DNA of 32,000 nucleotides from Okeania sp. (GCF_035285525.1 NZ_JAYKGW010000023.1:1-32000); one strand, 5' to 3'; shown: positions 16,667-25,690, counted from the stretch's first letter. The notes: generated by a model not told the origin, from the letters alone. Numbers and translations: made by a program.

Positions 16667-18457
16667 ATGTCTCTTCCTATTCGCAACGTAGCCATCATTG
16701 CCCACGTTGACCACGGCAAAACCACTCTAGTTGACTCACTTCTCAAACAATCAGGAATCTTCCGAGAAGGGGAAGAGGTTCCTGATTGTGTTATGGACTC
16801 CAACGACCTAGAACGGGAACGTGGGATTACAATTCTCTCCAAAAATACCGCCGTTAAATATAAAGATATTCTGATAAATATCGTTGATACCCCTGGTCAC
16901 GCGGACTTTGGTGGAGAAGTAGAACGAGTCCTGGGTATGGTGGACGGTTGTTTATTAATTGTCGATGCCAACGAAGGCCCAATGCCCCAAACTCGCTTTG
17001 TCCTCAAAAAAGCTCTAGAAAAAGGTTTACGGCCCATTGTGATTGTGAACAAAATTGACCGTCCCAGAGCTAATCCCCACACTGCTGTTGATAAAGTTCT
17101 GGACTTATTTATCGAACTAGGTGCAGATGATGACCAATGTGATTTTCCTTATCTATTCGCCTCTGGTTTAGCAGGTTACGCGAAAAAAGACCTAGAAACA
17201 GAGTCAGAAGATATGCAGTGTTTGTTTGATGCTATTGTAGAGCATGTTCCCCCTCCAGTCGGAGACCCAAAAAAACCTCTACAGTTACAGGTAACAACTC
17301 TCGACTATTCAGAATATTTAGGCAGAATAGTTGTAGGCCGTATCCACAATGGCGTGATTAGAGCTGGGCAACCAGCAGCTATTGTGAAAGAAGATGGTAC
17401 AATAGTCAAGTCAAAAATCTCAAAGTTAATGGGATTTGAAGGTCTGGCACGAATTGAGATTCAAGAAGCTGCTGCTGGTAATCTAGTAGCAGTTGCTGGT
17501 TTTAGTGATGCTAATATTGGGGAAACTATTACTTGTCCTAATGAACCTCAAGCTCTACCTCTGATTAAAGTAGATGAACCTACTCTGCAAATGACTTTTT
17601 CTGTAAATGATTCTCCTTTTGCAGGTCAGGAAGGAAAATTTGTAACTTCTCGACAAGTACGCGATCGCCTAATGCGAGAGTTAGAAACTAATGTAGCATT
17701 ACGAGTAGAAGATACTGACTCTCCAGAGAAGTTTTCTGTTTCTGGTCGTGGGGAACTGCACTTGGGTATTTTGATTGAAACTATGCGTCGAGAAGGTTAT
17801 GAGTTTCAGGTGGCACAACCTCAAGTTATTTACCGAGAAGTTAACGGTCAACCCTGTGAACCATTTGAACTTTTAGTTTTGGATGTTCCGGAAGATGCGG
17901 TCGGTGGTTGCATCGAAAGAATAGGTCAGCGGAAGGGGGAAATGCAGAATATGCAGGTGGGTACGAATGGTCGGACTCAGTTAGAGTTTTCTATTCCTGC
18001 TCGTGGTTTGATTGGTTTCCGGGGTGAGTTTATGCGTCTTACTCGTGGGGAAGGTATTATGAACCATAGTTTTTTAGATTATCGTCCGTTGGTTGGCGAG
18101 ATTGAAGCTCGACGCAATGGGGTGATTATTGTTTTTGAGGAAGGTGTGGCGACTTTTTATGCTTTGAAAAATGCTGAAGACCGGGGGGTGTTTTTTATTA
18201 CTCCTGGTACAAAGGTTTATAAGGGTATGATCGTGGGAGAGCATAACCGTCCTCAAGATTTGGATTTGAATGTTTGTAAAAGTAAGCAGTTGACTAACCA
18301 TCGTTCTGCGACTGGGGATGAGTTGGTACAGTTGCAAACGCCTGTAGATATGAGTTTGGAGCGTGCTTTGGAATATATCGGACCAGATGAGTTGGTGGAA
18401 ATAACGCCGGAGTCTGTGCGGTTGCGGAAGTTGAGTAAGAAGTTGGTGAAACGGTAA
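16667..18457 (+). CDS. typA: translational GTPase TypA/BipA
   Basis: 596 aa with G1 [26 protein letters not shown] and NKIDR, and an EF-G-like domain order. Confidence 0.96.
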   Translation: MSLPIRNVAIIAHVDHGKTTLVDSLLKQSGIFREGEEVPDCVMDSNDLERERGITILSKNTAVKYKDILINIVDTPGHADFGGEVERVLGMVDGCLLIVDANEGPMPQTRFVLKKALEKGLRPIVIVNKIDRPRANPHTAVDKVLDLFIELGADDDQCDFPYLFASGLAGYAKKDLETESEDMQCLFDAIVEHVPPPVGDPKKPLQLQVTTLDYSEYLGRIVVGRIHNGVIRAGQPAAIVKEDGTIVKSKISKLMGFEGLARIEIQEAAAGNLVAVAGFSDANIGETITCPNEPQALPLIKVDEPTLQMTFSVNDSPFAGQEGKFVTSRQVRDRLMRELETNVALRVEDTDSPEKFSVSGRGELHLGILIETMRREGYEFQVAQPQVIYREVNGQPCEPFELLVLDVPEDAVGGCIERIGQRKGEMQNMQVGTNGRTQLEFSIPARGLIGFRGEFMRLTRGEGIMNHSFLDYRPLVGEIEARRNGVIIVFEEGVATFYALKNAEDRGVFFITPGTKVYKGMIVGEHNRPQDLDLNVCKSKQLTNHRSATGDELVQLQTPVDMSLERALEYIGPDELVEITPESVRLRKLSKKLVKR

Positions 18458-18505
18458 ATACAGTTATCAGTTATCAGTTGCCTATTAATACAAGAAGTGG
18501 AATCC

Positions 18506-18533
18506 GTAGGGGTTTGGTCTCCAAACCCTCTAC
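18506..18533 (+). terminator. hairpin of the CYGTAGGG...CTACAG type downstream of typA (weak terminator or palindromic element)
   Basis: GTAGGGGTTTGG-TCT-CCAAACCCTCTAC is an imperfect stem of about 11 bp, 49 nt after the typA stop. No T-run follows it. Confidence 0.35.
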
Positions 18534-18539
18534 AGTTAT

Positions 18540-18629
18540 TAGACATCTCTAGAAAAGAGGGAACGCTTAACTGGGAACAGGGAACAGGAAGAAAGAATTG
18601 ATTTGATTTTTCATTTTTGGAGATGTCTA
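18540..18629. mobile_element. family-D MITE-like element (90 bp)
   Basis: TAGACATCTCTAGAAAAGAGGGAACGCTTAACTGGGAACAGGGAACAGG ... TTTTTGGAGATGTCTA, flanked by TTA on both sides. Confidence 0.6.
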
Positions 18630-18718
18630 TTAGTTAACTGAACAAAAGTGTGGATTTTATTGATTATTTATTTGTCAATTTAACCCGCACTATTTAAAAT
18701 TTGAATAGCCATAATAAA

Positions 18719-19371
18719 ATGAGTCAAGAAGAGATAGAAGTATTAGAAAAAATTGCTCTGGTTATTGAAAGTTTGCCTAGTGAAAGTTTATTGGCAAAAT
18801 GTTGGGCTGAAGAACAGAAGGAGGAATGGTAAAAATCAAGAAATATTCAAGTTTATTTAGTTGAATGTTGGAGAGCTAAGTTTATATATTATCAGCAAGG
18901 ATATTCAATTGCAGAAGTTTTAGATAAAAAAAAGAAATTACTCAACATAAGTATGATTTAATCTGGTTGAGTGTTAACTAATACAAAGCTCAATGGGAAC
19001 TTATTTAAGTTGCAGAAAAGTATGTTAGACAACTACACACTACATTTACTAACCTTTTATCTAGTAAAAAGATAAGTTCTCAAGTTGATAAGTTTTTCCC
19101 AAATAGAATTTTTCTAGAGCCATATCCATTTAATTCTGCTTATGATTTATTTATAGCTACTTTAAAAGAAGAGATAGAAGGTGATTTTTAAATTTGCCTA
19201 GAAAAACATTATTATATTAATCTTAAAACCATAAAAAAAGGTGTTAAACAATTAGTTGAAATGATTGAGCAAGAGCATGAGAATGCAGGAATTTATTCTG
19301 AACTTCATCGGAAAAAACAGCAAGAGCTGAAAAAAATATGGGTTGGCATAGATTCAGTTTTTCTTGGTTAG
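18719..19371 (+). pseudogene. decayed gene of unknown function (at least 4 in-frame stops and 1 frameshift)
   Basis: The frame from ATG 18719 reads MSQEEIEVLEKIALVIESLPSESLLAKCWAEEQKEEW, then TAA (18830-18832). It continues KSRNIQVYLVECWRAKFIYYQQGYSIAEVLDKKKKLLNISMI, then TAA. After a frame change, protein-like sequence resumes: VAEKYVRQLHTTFTNLLSSKKISSQVDKFFPNRIFLEPYPFNSAYDLFIATLKEEIEGDF. A TAA at 19189-19191 follows, then ICLEKHYYINLKTIKKGVKQLVEMIEQEHENAGIYSELHRKKQQELKKIWVGIDSVFLG and TAG at 19369-19371. Confidence 0.5.
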
Positions 19372-19374
19372 GAA

Positions 19375-19525
19375 TCATATCAAATCCACTTAATTGCACA
19401 TAAAATATGATATATGTTTGTTATTTAAGAAATTACTTCAATCCCCCCATCTCCCCATCTCTTCATCTCCCCATCTCCCCATCCCCTCCAACTATATAAT
19501 AAGTATTTAACCGGATTTGATATGA
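19375..19525. mobile_element. family-C MITE-like element
   Basis: It begins TCATATCAAATCCACTTAATTG, contains CCCCATCT-type octamers and AACTATATAATAAGTATTT, and ends AACCGGATTTGATATGA. Confidence 0.55.
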
Positions 19526-19839
19526 CTCTTTTAATTTGTCAATTTTTAGCAATTTGGAACTTTTCTGTGAGAACAAAATTGACTGCATTTAATAAATCAT
19601 CAATAGAGGCTTTGAGCTTATGTATTAAAGCTAGTCATAAATTTAAACTTCAAGCATTCACCTGGATAAATAGACAAAAAGTTCCCTTTGATAAATTTGG
19701 TGAAGTACCTCTTAAAAATGGAAAATAGTCAAGATATTTTCATAAAACTTGAAAAGAGAAACAGTTTTCCTCTACTCCATAGATAAACACATTAAGTTGG
19801 AATAGTCAAAATGCACATTCAATAAAACTGGAGAGAAAA

Positions 19840-20160
19840 ATGTTAACTTCTGATATTCCAAAAGCTGAACTATTCCAACCTGAAAACTTATCTGAAATGA
19901 CAATGGAAAAAATGTTAGACAAAATGGAAGAAAACTATAAATTAGCGCTAAGTCTAATATTTGACAAAATTGATGAAATTCAAAATATGTGTCAGTTATG
20001 TAGAGATACTCAAAATAAAAATCAGGAACTTCAAGAGGAAGTAAATTATTTCAAATTAGATAACCGCAATAAAGATGAAAGAATTAAAGAATTAGAATGT
20101 CTAGCACATCCTGAATCTTTAAATGGAGATGCTATTGGTAACTATAACTGGTTAGATTAA
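19840..20160 (+). CDS. hypothetical small coiled-coil protein
   Basis: 106 aa. A GGAGAG Shine-Dalgarno-like motif lies 6 nt upstream of the ATG. The protein is acidic with a heptad-like character and one CxxC (MCQLCRD). No family recognised. Confidence 0.5.
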   Translation: MLTSDIPKAELFQPENLSEMTMEKMLDKMEENYKLALSLIFDKIDEIQNMCQLCRDTQNKNQELQEEVNYFKLDNRNKDERIKELECLAHPESLNGDAIGNYNWLD

Positions 20161-20655
20161 GCTTAATAATCAGGAACTTGCTGAAAAATAAAGTACCAAT
20201 TATTAGAAGACTGACTTCTAAAAATTACTTGATATATTAATAATTTTCAAGTCCCTAAATAAATAAACAAAATTAAATATTTATCCGACGCGATCGCTCC
20301 CTAGTTTTAGCGTTATGTTTCTCAAAAATTCATATACGCAGTCTCGGTTAATCCTTGTAATTATACATCTTGTTCATATATTTCTGCATATAATTGTGCT
20401 GACTCTTCTAAATCTTGAGTTTCTAATTCTAACTGTAACTTTTGCAAAGGAATATTAATCATTTCTGCTTCATCTTTCAAGCCATAATTTTGATGAAGAA
20501 GAAGAAAATGGAGTAGAGCTTCTTCAATATTTAATATTAGTTTTTGGTTGATATTTTTAGCTATATTGCTATTTTGAGTTAAAGGTTATTTTAATATTAG
20601 TGCTAAACTTTTAAATAGCTTTCCTAGGTTATCCTTAATTTATACTAAGAAAAAA

Positions 20656-21831
20656 ATGTTTCGCAAAATTTGGCAATGGTTGAAAAGTTTATGGGAAAAA
20701 TTTTTGGGATTATTCTCTCAACCTCAAACTAACCCTTCAAAAACTCAATCAGTCTCTCAGTCTCTTCCACCTTTAACAGATACAGATTATGATTTTCTCT
20801 TCGGTCAACTTTTAGAAGGTATTGCCCAAGGTTGGTCTCCTGAAAGAGTAAAGCAATTTTTTGATGACTTAGGAGAGCGAGGCAAACCTGGACTTTGGCA
20901 AGAATGGTTACAAAGGTTTGGAGAAAGATTATTGGTATCTCCAAAACCTAATGATGAGTTAGCTCAAAGAATGGTTATGTTTGCTTCCTTGACTCCATCG
21001 CTTCCTTCTCTAAAATCTCTGGGAACTCTCGCTAATAATATTGGTACTGAACTTTTGAGTCGGGAGGATAGTGGAGCGATTTGGGAATATGATGGACCTG
21101 ATGCTGGTGTTTCTCCTCCTCCTCAACCATCCTCAGAAGAAAATCAATCAAATGAAACTTTAGAAAATTTAGTAGTTAAGTTTCAAGAAAATCCTAATTT
21201 ATTAGCTACTGTTGCTCAACAGTTGGGGATACAAACCAGCGATCCCAGGGTGGTTATTCAAGCAATGGTTAGTCAACTTGGGGTAGGAGTAGAAAATCAA
21301 CAACAGTCTACCGAACAAGGTTCCGAAATATTTGCTCAGTTAGGTTTGGAGCAAGCCAAAGCTGGAGATTTAGTTGGAGCTGTTGATAGTTGGGAAAATG
21401 CTTTGGTTTTGAAGCCTAATTATCATCAAGTTTGGTACAATCGGGGTAAAGCATTAGTACAGTTAGAAAGATGGGAAGAGGCGATCGCTAGCCATGACAA
21501 AGCTTTAGAGATTAAGTCTGATGATTATTTGGCTTGGAATAACCGTGCTGAAGCTTTGGGAAAATTAGAAAGATGGGAAGAAGCGATCGCTAGTTGTGAT
21601 CGAGCTTTAGAAATTAAGGTAAATTATTATTTAGCTTGGTATAATAAGGCTAATTTTTTAGTTAGTTTAGGAAATTTGGAAGCAGCGGTTAATTGTTATG
21701 AGAAAGCTTTAGAAATTAAACCTAATTTTTATGATGGTTGGTATGAACGAGGAAATGTTTTAAAAGATTTAGGTTTAATGAAAGAAGCTTATGATAGTTG
21801 GGAAAAGGCAGAGGAAATTAAACTTCAGTAA
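20656..21831 (+). CDS. tetratricopeptide (TPR) repeat protein with a cyanobacterial-type N-terminal domain
   Basis: 391 aa. The C-terminal half holds about five 34-aa repeats (W.N.G.AL..LERWEEAIAS.D.ALEIK...). The N-terminal part contains LTDTDYDFLFGQLLEGIAQGW...LWQEWLQRFGERLL. Confidence 0.85.
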   Translation: MFRKIWQWLKSLWEKFLGLFSQPQTNPSKTQSVSQSLPPLTDTDYDFLFGQLLEGIAQGWSPERVKQFFDDLGERGKPGLWQEWLQRFGERLLVSPKPNDELAQRMVMFASLTPSLPSLKSLGTLANNIGTELLSREDSGAIWEYDGPDAGVSPPPQPSSEENQSNETLENLVVKFQENPNLLATVAQQLGIQTSDPRVVIQAMVSQLGVGVENQQQSTEQGSEIFAQLGLEQAKAGDLVGAVDSWENALVLKPNYHQVWYNRGKALVQLERWEEAIASHDKALEIKSDDYLAWNNRAEALGKLERWEEAIASCDRALEIKVNYYLAWYNKANFLVSLGNLEAAVNCYEKALEIKPNFYDGWYERGNVLKDLGLMKEAYDSWEKAEEIKLQ

Positions 21832-22023
21832 GTTATCCTAATTTAAAAATGTCTAATTCGGGAGTAGGGAGTAGGAAGTAGTTAAGAGTCAATTAGAGTA
21901 AATTATGTGGCATAATTTGAGGAGGCAATTCTCCATAATTCCTCTGATAAAAATTAGTAAATCAGCTTTTTAAACTTCTAATTAATGACATAAATAACAG
22001 CTAATTATGACGAACCGTGGAAA

Positions 22024-22971
22024 GTGGCAATATCTGAATATTTGCCTGATTTTATCAACTTTTTCTATCCCGAAATTTACAACTCCATCAATTGGAAAAA
22101 AACACCAATTTCTCTAGACAAAGAACTAGAACAAATTACGGCTTCAGCGACTACAGAAAAACGTTATGTTGATAAGTTATTCCAAGTTTGGCTATTAGAC
22201 GACCAAGAAATATGGATATTAATTCATATAGAAGTTCAAAGTCAATACGACCAAGAATTTCCGAAACGAATGTTTATCTATAACTATCGAGCATTCGACT
22301 TGTGCAACAAATCTGTAGTTAGTTTAGCTATACTAGGAGATGATAATCCATCTTGGCGACCTAATTATTATGAATATGGATTAGAAAAAAGTCAGATGAG
22401 TTTAGACTTTTCTATCGTGAAACTTTTAGATTATGAATGGGAGAAATTATCAGCAAATAATAATGTATTTGCCCTGATGGTAATGGCACATTTAAAAACA
22501 AAGAGTACCACCAGTAATTTGACAGAAAGAGAAGAATGGAAATGGCAAATAGTCAGAAGTTTATATGAAAGAGGATTCAGCAAGTTTGATATTATTAACT
22601 TGTTTAAATTCATAGATAAAATGATGACATTGCCTCCAAAGTTACAACAAAAGTTAGAAAGCAAAATCAATCAATATGAGGAGTCACAAAAAATGGAATT
22701 TTTAAGTACGATGGAAGAAAATGCTATAGAAAGAGGTCAAAAAATAGGTCAACAAATAGGTCAACAAATAGGAGCCAAAGAAACTTGCCGACAAAATATT
22801 ATTGACCTACTGAAAATGCGATTTTCATCAGTGCCAGAAACTCTGGTAGAGACTCTTAATAATATTCAAGATTTAGCTTTCCTCAAACAACTGCTATTAG
22901 AAACAATCAGGGTTAATTCTGTAGTAGAATTTGAGGAGTTAATTCAAAACAATTATTCTGAGAATAATTAG
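22024..22971 (+). CDS. Rpn-like PD-(D/E)XK putative transposase-family protein with a DUF4351-like C-terminus (family call from memory); possibly N-terminally damaged
   Basis: 315 aa from a GTG start. LIHIEVQSQ fits the nuclease E-x-Q core. The C-terminus has ERGQKIGQQIGQQIG followed by a helical tail. Homology appears to continue upstream of the GTG (NYDEPWK), but an in-frame TAA (21991-21993) separates it from an ATG at 21985. Confidence 0.6.
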   Translation: MAISEYLPDFINFFYPEIYNSINWKKTPISLDKELEQITASATTEKRYVDKLFQVWLLDDQEIWILIHIEVQSQYDQEFPKRMFIYNYRAFDLCNKSVVSLAILGDDNPSWRPNYYEYGLEKSQMSLDFSIVKLLDYEWEKLSANNNVFALMVMAHLKTKSTTSNLTEREEWKWQIVRSLYERGFSKFDIINLFKFIDKMMTLPPKLQQKLESKINQYEESQKMEFLSTMEENAIERGQKIGQQIGQQIGAKETCRQNIIDLLKMRFSSVPETLVETLNNIQDLAFLKQLLLETIRVNSVVEFEELIQNNYSENN

Positions 22972-23093
22972 TAAAATTAGGCTTTTAACTTCTAACTGAG
23001 AAGTCAGGAGTCAACCCACCCCTAACTCTTCCCAGGAGGGAAAATTGAGATAATAGTTCTATATTCACCATCTTTCCATCCTCCCATCTAAAT

Positions 23094-23121
23094 TTTATAG
23101 AACCCAAATGGGTTCTATAAA
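23094..23121. terminator. perfect 12-bp hairpin between the convergent Rpn-like gene and cobM
   Basis: TTTATAGAACCC-AAAT-GGGTTCTATAAA. The right arm contains the cobM stop codon (23115-23117). The stem is AT-rich and there is no strong T-run on either strand. Confidence 0.4.
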
Positions 23122-23912
23122 GCGGATTTAGTATAACTTCTGAATAAATGGCTATGTTCAGGATTATAAAGACCAGAACGCCCTACTTTTTCCAACTTTT
23201 CCAAAGCAGGACTAATCACATAAAGGGTTGTTCTAATTAACTTTTTCTCCTCTGTCACCACAGCCATTTTCTCTAAAGGTACAACCCAAATTTTTTCATC
23301 AGGCCATCCTAAACGATAACATATTCCTACAGGTATCTGAGCCGAATAATGTTCCATCAACTTTTCCTGTGCTTCCCAGACATGACGAGCGCTCAAATAT
23401 AAACATAAACTTGCCCCATGAGCTGCTAAACTACCTAACTCTTCTCGTGCTGGAACTCCCGTTGCTTTTCCACTAATTCTTGTTAAAATAATTGTTTGTA
23501 CTAACCCAGGTACTGTTAATTCTACTTTTAATTTAGCTGCTGCATCCTGAAAGGCACTAATTCCTGGTACAATTTCAAAATCAATTTCCGCTTCAGTTAA
23601 AAGTTGTATTTGTTCATAAACTGCTCCATACAAACTAGGGTCTCCAGAATGGAGGCGCACCACAGAAAGACCTTTTCTCACTCGGTCAATCATTATCGGC
23701 AAAATTTCTTCTAAAGTTTGATTAGCAGTTCCAATAATCTCAGCATCAGAACGCACATTCCGTAACATTTGCTTGGGTACTAGGGAATCTGCATATAGAA
23801 TTACATCTGCTATAGCTAAGATTTTTTCAGCCTTCACCGTCAATAGTTCTGGGTCTCCTGGACCTGCCCCTACAATGTAAACTGCTGGTGTAAGACTTTC
23901 AGTTTTGTTCAT
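23115..23912 (-). CDS. cobM: precorrin-4 / cobalt-precorrin-4 C11-methyltransferase
   Basis: Motifs VYIVGAGPGDPELLTVKA and LHSGDPSLYGA. The ORF-track start at 23966 is a GTG that adds 18 non-conserved residues. The ATG at 23912 gives MNKTESLTPAVYIVGAGPGD, which I prefer. Confidence 0.9.
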   Translation of the reverse strand: MNKTESLTPAVYIVGAGPGDPELLTVKAEKILAIADVILYADSLVPKQMLRNVRSDAEIIGTANQTLEEILPIMIDRVRKGLSVVRLHSGDPSLYGAVYEQIQLLTEAEIDFEIVPGISAFQDAAAKLKVELTVPGLVQTIILTRISGKATGVPAREELGSLAAHGASLCLYLSARHVWEAQEKLMEHYSAQIPVGICYRLGWPDEKIWVVPLEKMAVVTEEKKLIRTTLYVISPALEKLEKVGRSGLYNPEHSHLFRSYTKSAL

Positions 23913-23976
23913 TAATTTTTCCGGATATAAGTATGTATCTTCAGGTAAATGGAATGGTAGATGCACCCTGGTTTAT

Positions 23977-24006
23977 CCCCTAGGCTTTAATGCCTGGGGT
24001 TTTTTT
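23977..24006 (+). terminator. orphan canonical intrinsic terminator on the plus strand, antisense to the cobM 5' region
   Basis: CCCCTAGGC-TTTAAT-GCCTGGGG forms 8 bp with one bulged T and is followed by seven T (24000-24006). No plus-strand ORF ends nearby. Confidence 0.5.
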
Positions 24007-24012
24007 ATTCTT

Positions 24013-24122
24013 GCGCTACGCGCTAGGGAACAGGGAACAGGGAGCAGGGAACAGGGAACAGTAGAATATTAAAGAGTTTCAGGATATAGAAACTTCCGTG
24101 CCCTTTGCTTCGACTGCTATAT
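24013..24122 (-). repeat. family-G dispersed element, copy 1 (upstream of cobM)
   Basis: It begins GCGCTACGCGCTAGGGAACAGGG and ends ATTAAAGAGTTTCAGGATATAGAAACTTCCGTGCCCTTTGCTTCGACTGCTATAT. It is highly similar to 25221-25315 in the same orientation. Confidence 0.75.
24026..24060. repeat. STRR-like heptamer array, GGGAACA x 5 (one GGGAGCA)
   Basis: Five contiguous units inside family-G copy 1. Confidence 0.9.
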
Positions 24123-24343
24123 AGGTGAGAAAGAGTTGGTTAGAAAATAGACTGATAAATCTTAGAGCGTCCACTTTGGTGAGGTACATCTGTCGCGGGC
24201 TTTCCAGCCCTCACTAGAGACATTTAATTCCGAATATTTATACTTCATGTAATCGGAATCTGGTGTAAAACTAGAAAATGTTGTTCCAACTATTCTCTGT
24301 TCCCTGCTCCCTCCATACCTATTCCCTGCTATTGTTATATAAT

Positions 24344-25210
24344 TCAGTTTGTTTCTTTAATTTCTGAGGGAAAAACGTCTGGCAAGGGTCGCTTCAATAA
24401 ATATAGCCATGCTAAACCTGCTAACCCTAACAGAATACCAGCTAAACTGACGAACTGAGCAATTCGTAATGGCCCTAACATTAAACTATCAGTCCGCAGT
24501 CCCTCAATCCAAATTCGCCCACTACTATAAATAGCCATATAAACTAGAGATATAGTGCCAACTTTAAGTTGAGGTTTACCCTGCAAACCCCGAAAAAATA
24601 GAAATATTAATAATCCAAATAACATTAAATTCCATAATGATTCATATAAAAAAGTCGGATGGAAATAATCAAAATTTACTAATTCTGGGGGACGATTTTG
24701 TGGAGGAATATACAACTTCCAAGGTAAATTAGTAGGACTGCCAAAAGCTTCAGAATTGAAAAAATTGCCCCACCGGCCAATGGCTTGTCCTAAAATTAAG
24801 GAAGGAGCTACTAAATCTGCTAACTGCCAAAAAGATATTTTACTTACTCTGGCAAAAATCAAGCCAGCGATCGCTCCACCAATAATTGCTCCATGAATGG
24901 CTATTCCTCCTTTCCAGATAGCAATCATATCTATGGGATTTTGTTGATATTGTTCCCACTCAAATAAGACGTAATATATACGGGCTCCAGGAATGGCCGC
25001 TATTACTAACCAAACCACTAGATCGCCTAATAATTCGGGGTTAATATGACGAAGTTTAGCTAAGTATTGGGAAAGGGTGACCCCTATTAATACTGCACTT
25101 GCAATTAAAAGTCCATACCAACGAATGGCTAATGGCCCTAACTGGAAAATAATTGGGCCAGGAGAAGTAAATTGAAAGCCTAAAGGCAATAAGGGAATTT
25201 CTAATATCAT
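24344..25210 (-). CDS. lgt: prolipoprotein diacylglyceryl transferase
   Basis: 288 aa, polytopic, with [24 protein letters not shown] and [12 protein letters not shown]. Confidence 0.94.
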   Translation of the reverse strand: MILEIPLLPLGFQFTSPGPIIFQLGPLAIRWYGLLIASAVLIGVTLSQYLAKLRHINPELLGDLVVWLVIAAIPGARIYYVLFEWEQYQQNPIDMIAIWKGGIAIHGAIIGGAIAGLIFARVSKISFWQLADLVAPSLILGQAIGRWGNFFNSEAFGSPTNLPWKLYIPPQNRPPELVNFDYFHPTFLYESLWNLMLFGLLIFLFFRGLQGKPQLKVGTISLVYMAIYSSGRIWIEGLRTDSLMLGPLRIAQFVSLAGILLGLAGLAWLYLLKRPLPDVFPSEIKETN

Positions 25211-25220
25211 TTCAGTTATA

Positions 25221-25315
25221 GCGCTACGCGCTAGGGAATAGAGAACAGGGAAGGGTTACTATTAAAGGGTTTCAGGATATAGAAATGTCCGCGCCCTTTG
25301 CTTCGACTGGTATAT
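25221..25315 (-). repeat. family-G dispersed element, copy 2 (upstream of lgt)
   Basis: It begins GCGCTACGCGCTAGGGAATAGAGAACAGGG and ends ATTAAAGGGTTTCAGGATATAGAAATGTCCGCGCCCTTTGCTTCGACTGGTATAT. It starts 10 nt upstream of the lgt ATG. Confidence 0.75.
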
Positions 25316-25328
25316 TAATTATTAGTTT

Positions 25329-25429
25329 CTCAGATCAAGACTTACGCAAAAAATGAAATTATGCGCTATCTTTAGGGGTGAATGGCCATTCGCCTCTACA
25401 AGATGTGGTGATTCTCTGTAAGTTCTGAG
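25329..25429. mobile_element. family-F inverted-repeat element (about 100 bp)
   Basis: The left end is CTCAGATCAAGACTTACGC and the right end is CTCTGTAAGTTCTGAG. An internal perfect palindrome GAATGGCCATTC is present. Confidence 0.4.
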
Positions 25430-25652
25430 ATTTTTTTCAGGTAACGAAGCATAGCAGTGGGAGTATCTTGCTCCCGTACCAAGCATTCTTTTTTTCTGCA
25501 TGATAATGGTATGCAGAAATATCTTTTTTCAATATGAATCAAGTTTTTGAAGTAGCTTTTACAGCACTAAATTCCCTGTAAAATTTTAGAGAATGTCTTT
25601 TATTTTTCAGTTTGACATAATAAAGTAATTATTAATAGGTCGTAACATTTTA

Positions 25653-25690
25653 CTGTAGGGGTTTAGAAAACAAATTCCTACAGTTTTTTT
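25653..25690 (+). terminator. orphan terminator-like hairpin of the CTGTAGGG...CCTACAG type plus T7
   Basis: CTGTAGG (25653-25659) pairs with CCTACAG (25677-25683) and is followed by TTTTTTT (25684-25690). No plus-strand ORF lies upstream. Confidence 0.4.

Noticed and set aside
20361-20462. 33-aa minus-strand ORF (MINIPLQKLQLELETQDLEESAQLYAEIYEQDV) whose acidic tail vaguely recalls small antitoxins.
   Set aside because: It is too short, and a TGA closes the frame about 20 codons upstream of the ATG. It has no partner toxin ORF and no ribosome-binding site. My initial longer reading came from a mis-joined line and did not survive re-translation.
23913-24343. Possible cobalamin riboswitch in the cobM leader. 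A GGAATCTGGTGTAAAAC motif at 24255-24271 resembles part of the B12 element.
   Set aside because: The motif is on the plus strand, which is the wrong strand for cobM and antisense to lgt. I could find no B12 box or the surrounding conserved helices on the minus strand. Rfam cmscan would settle it.
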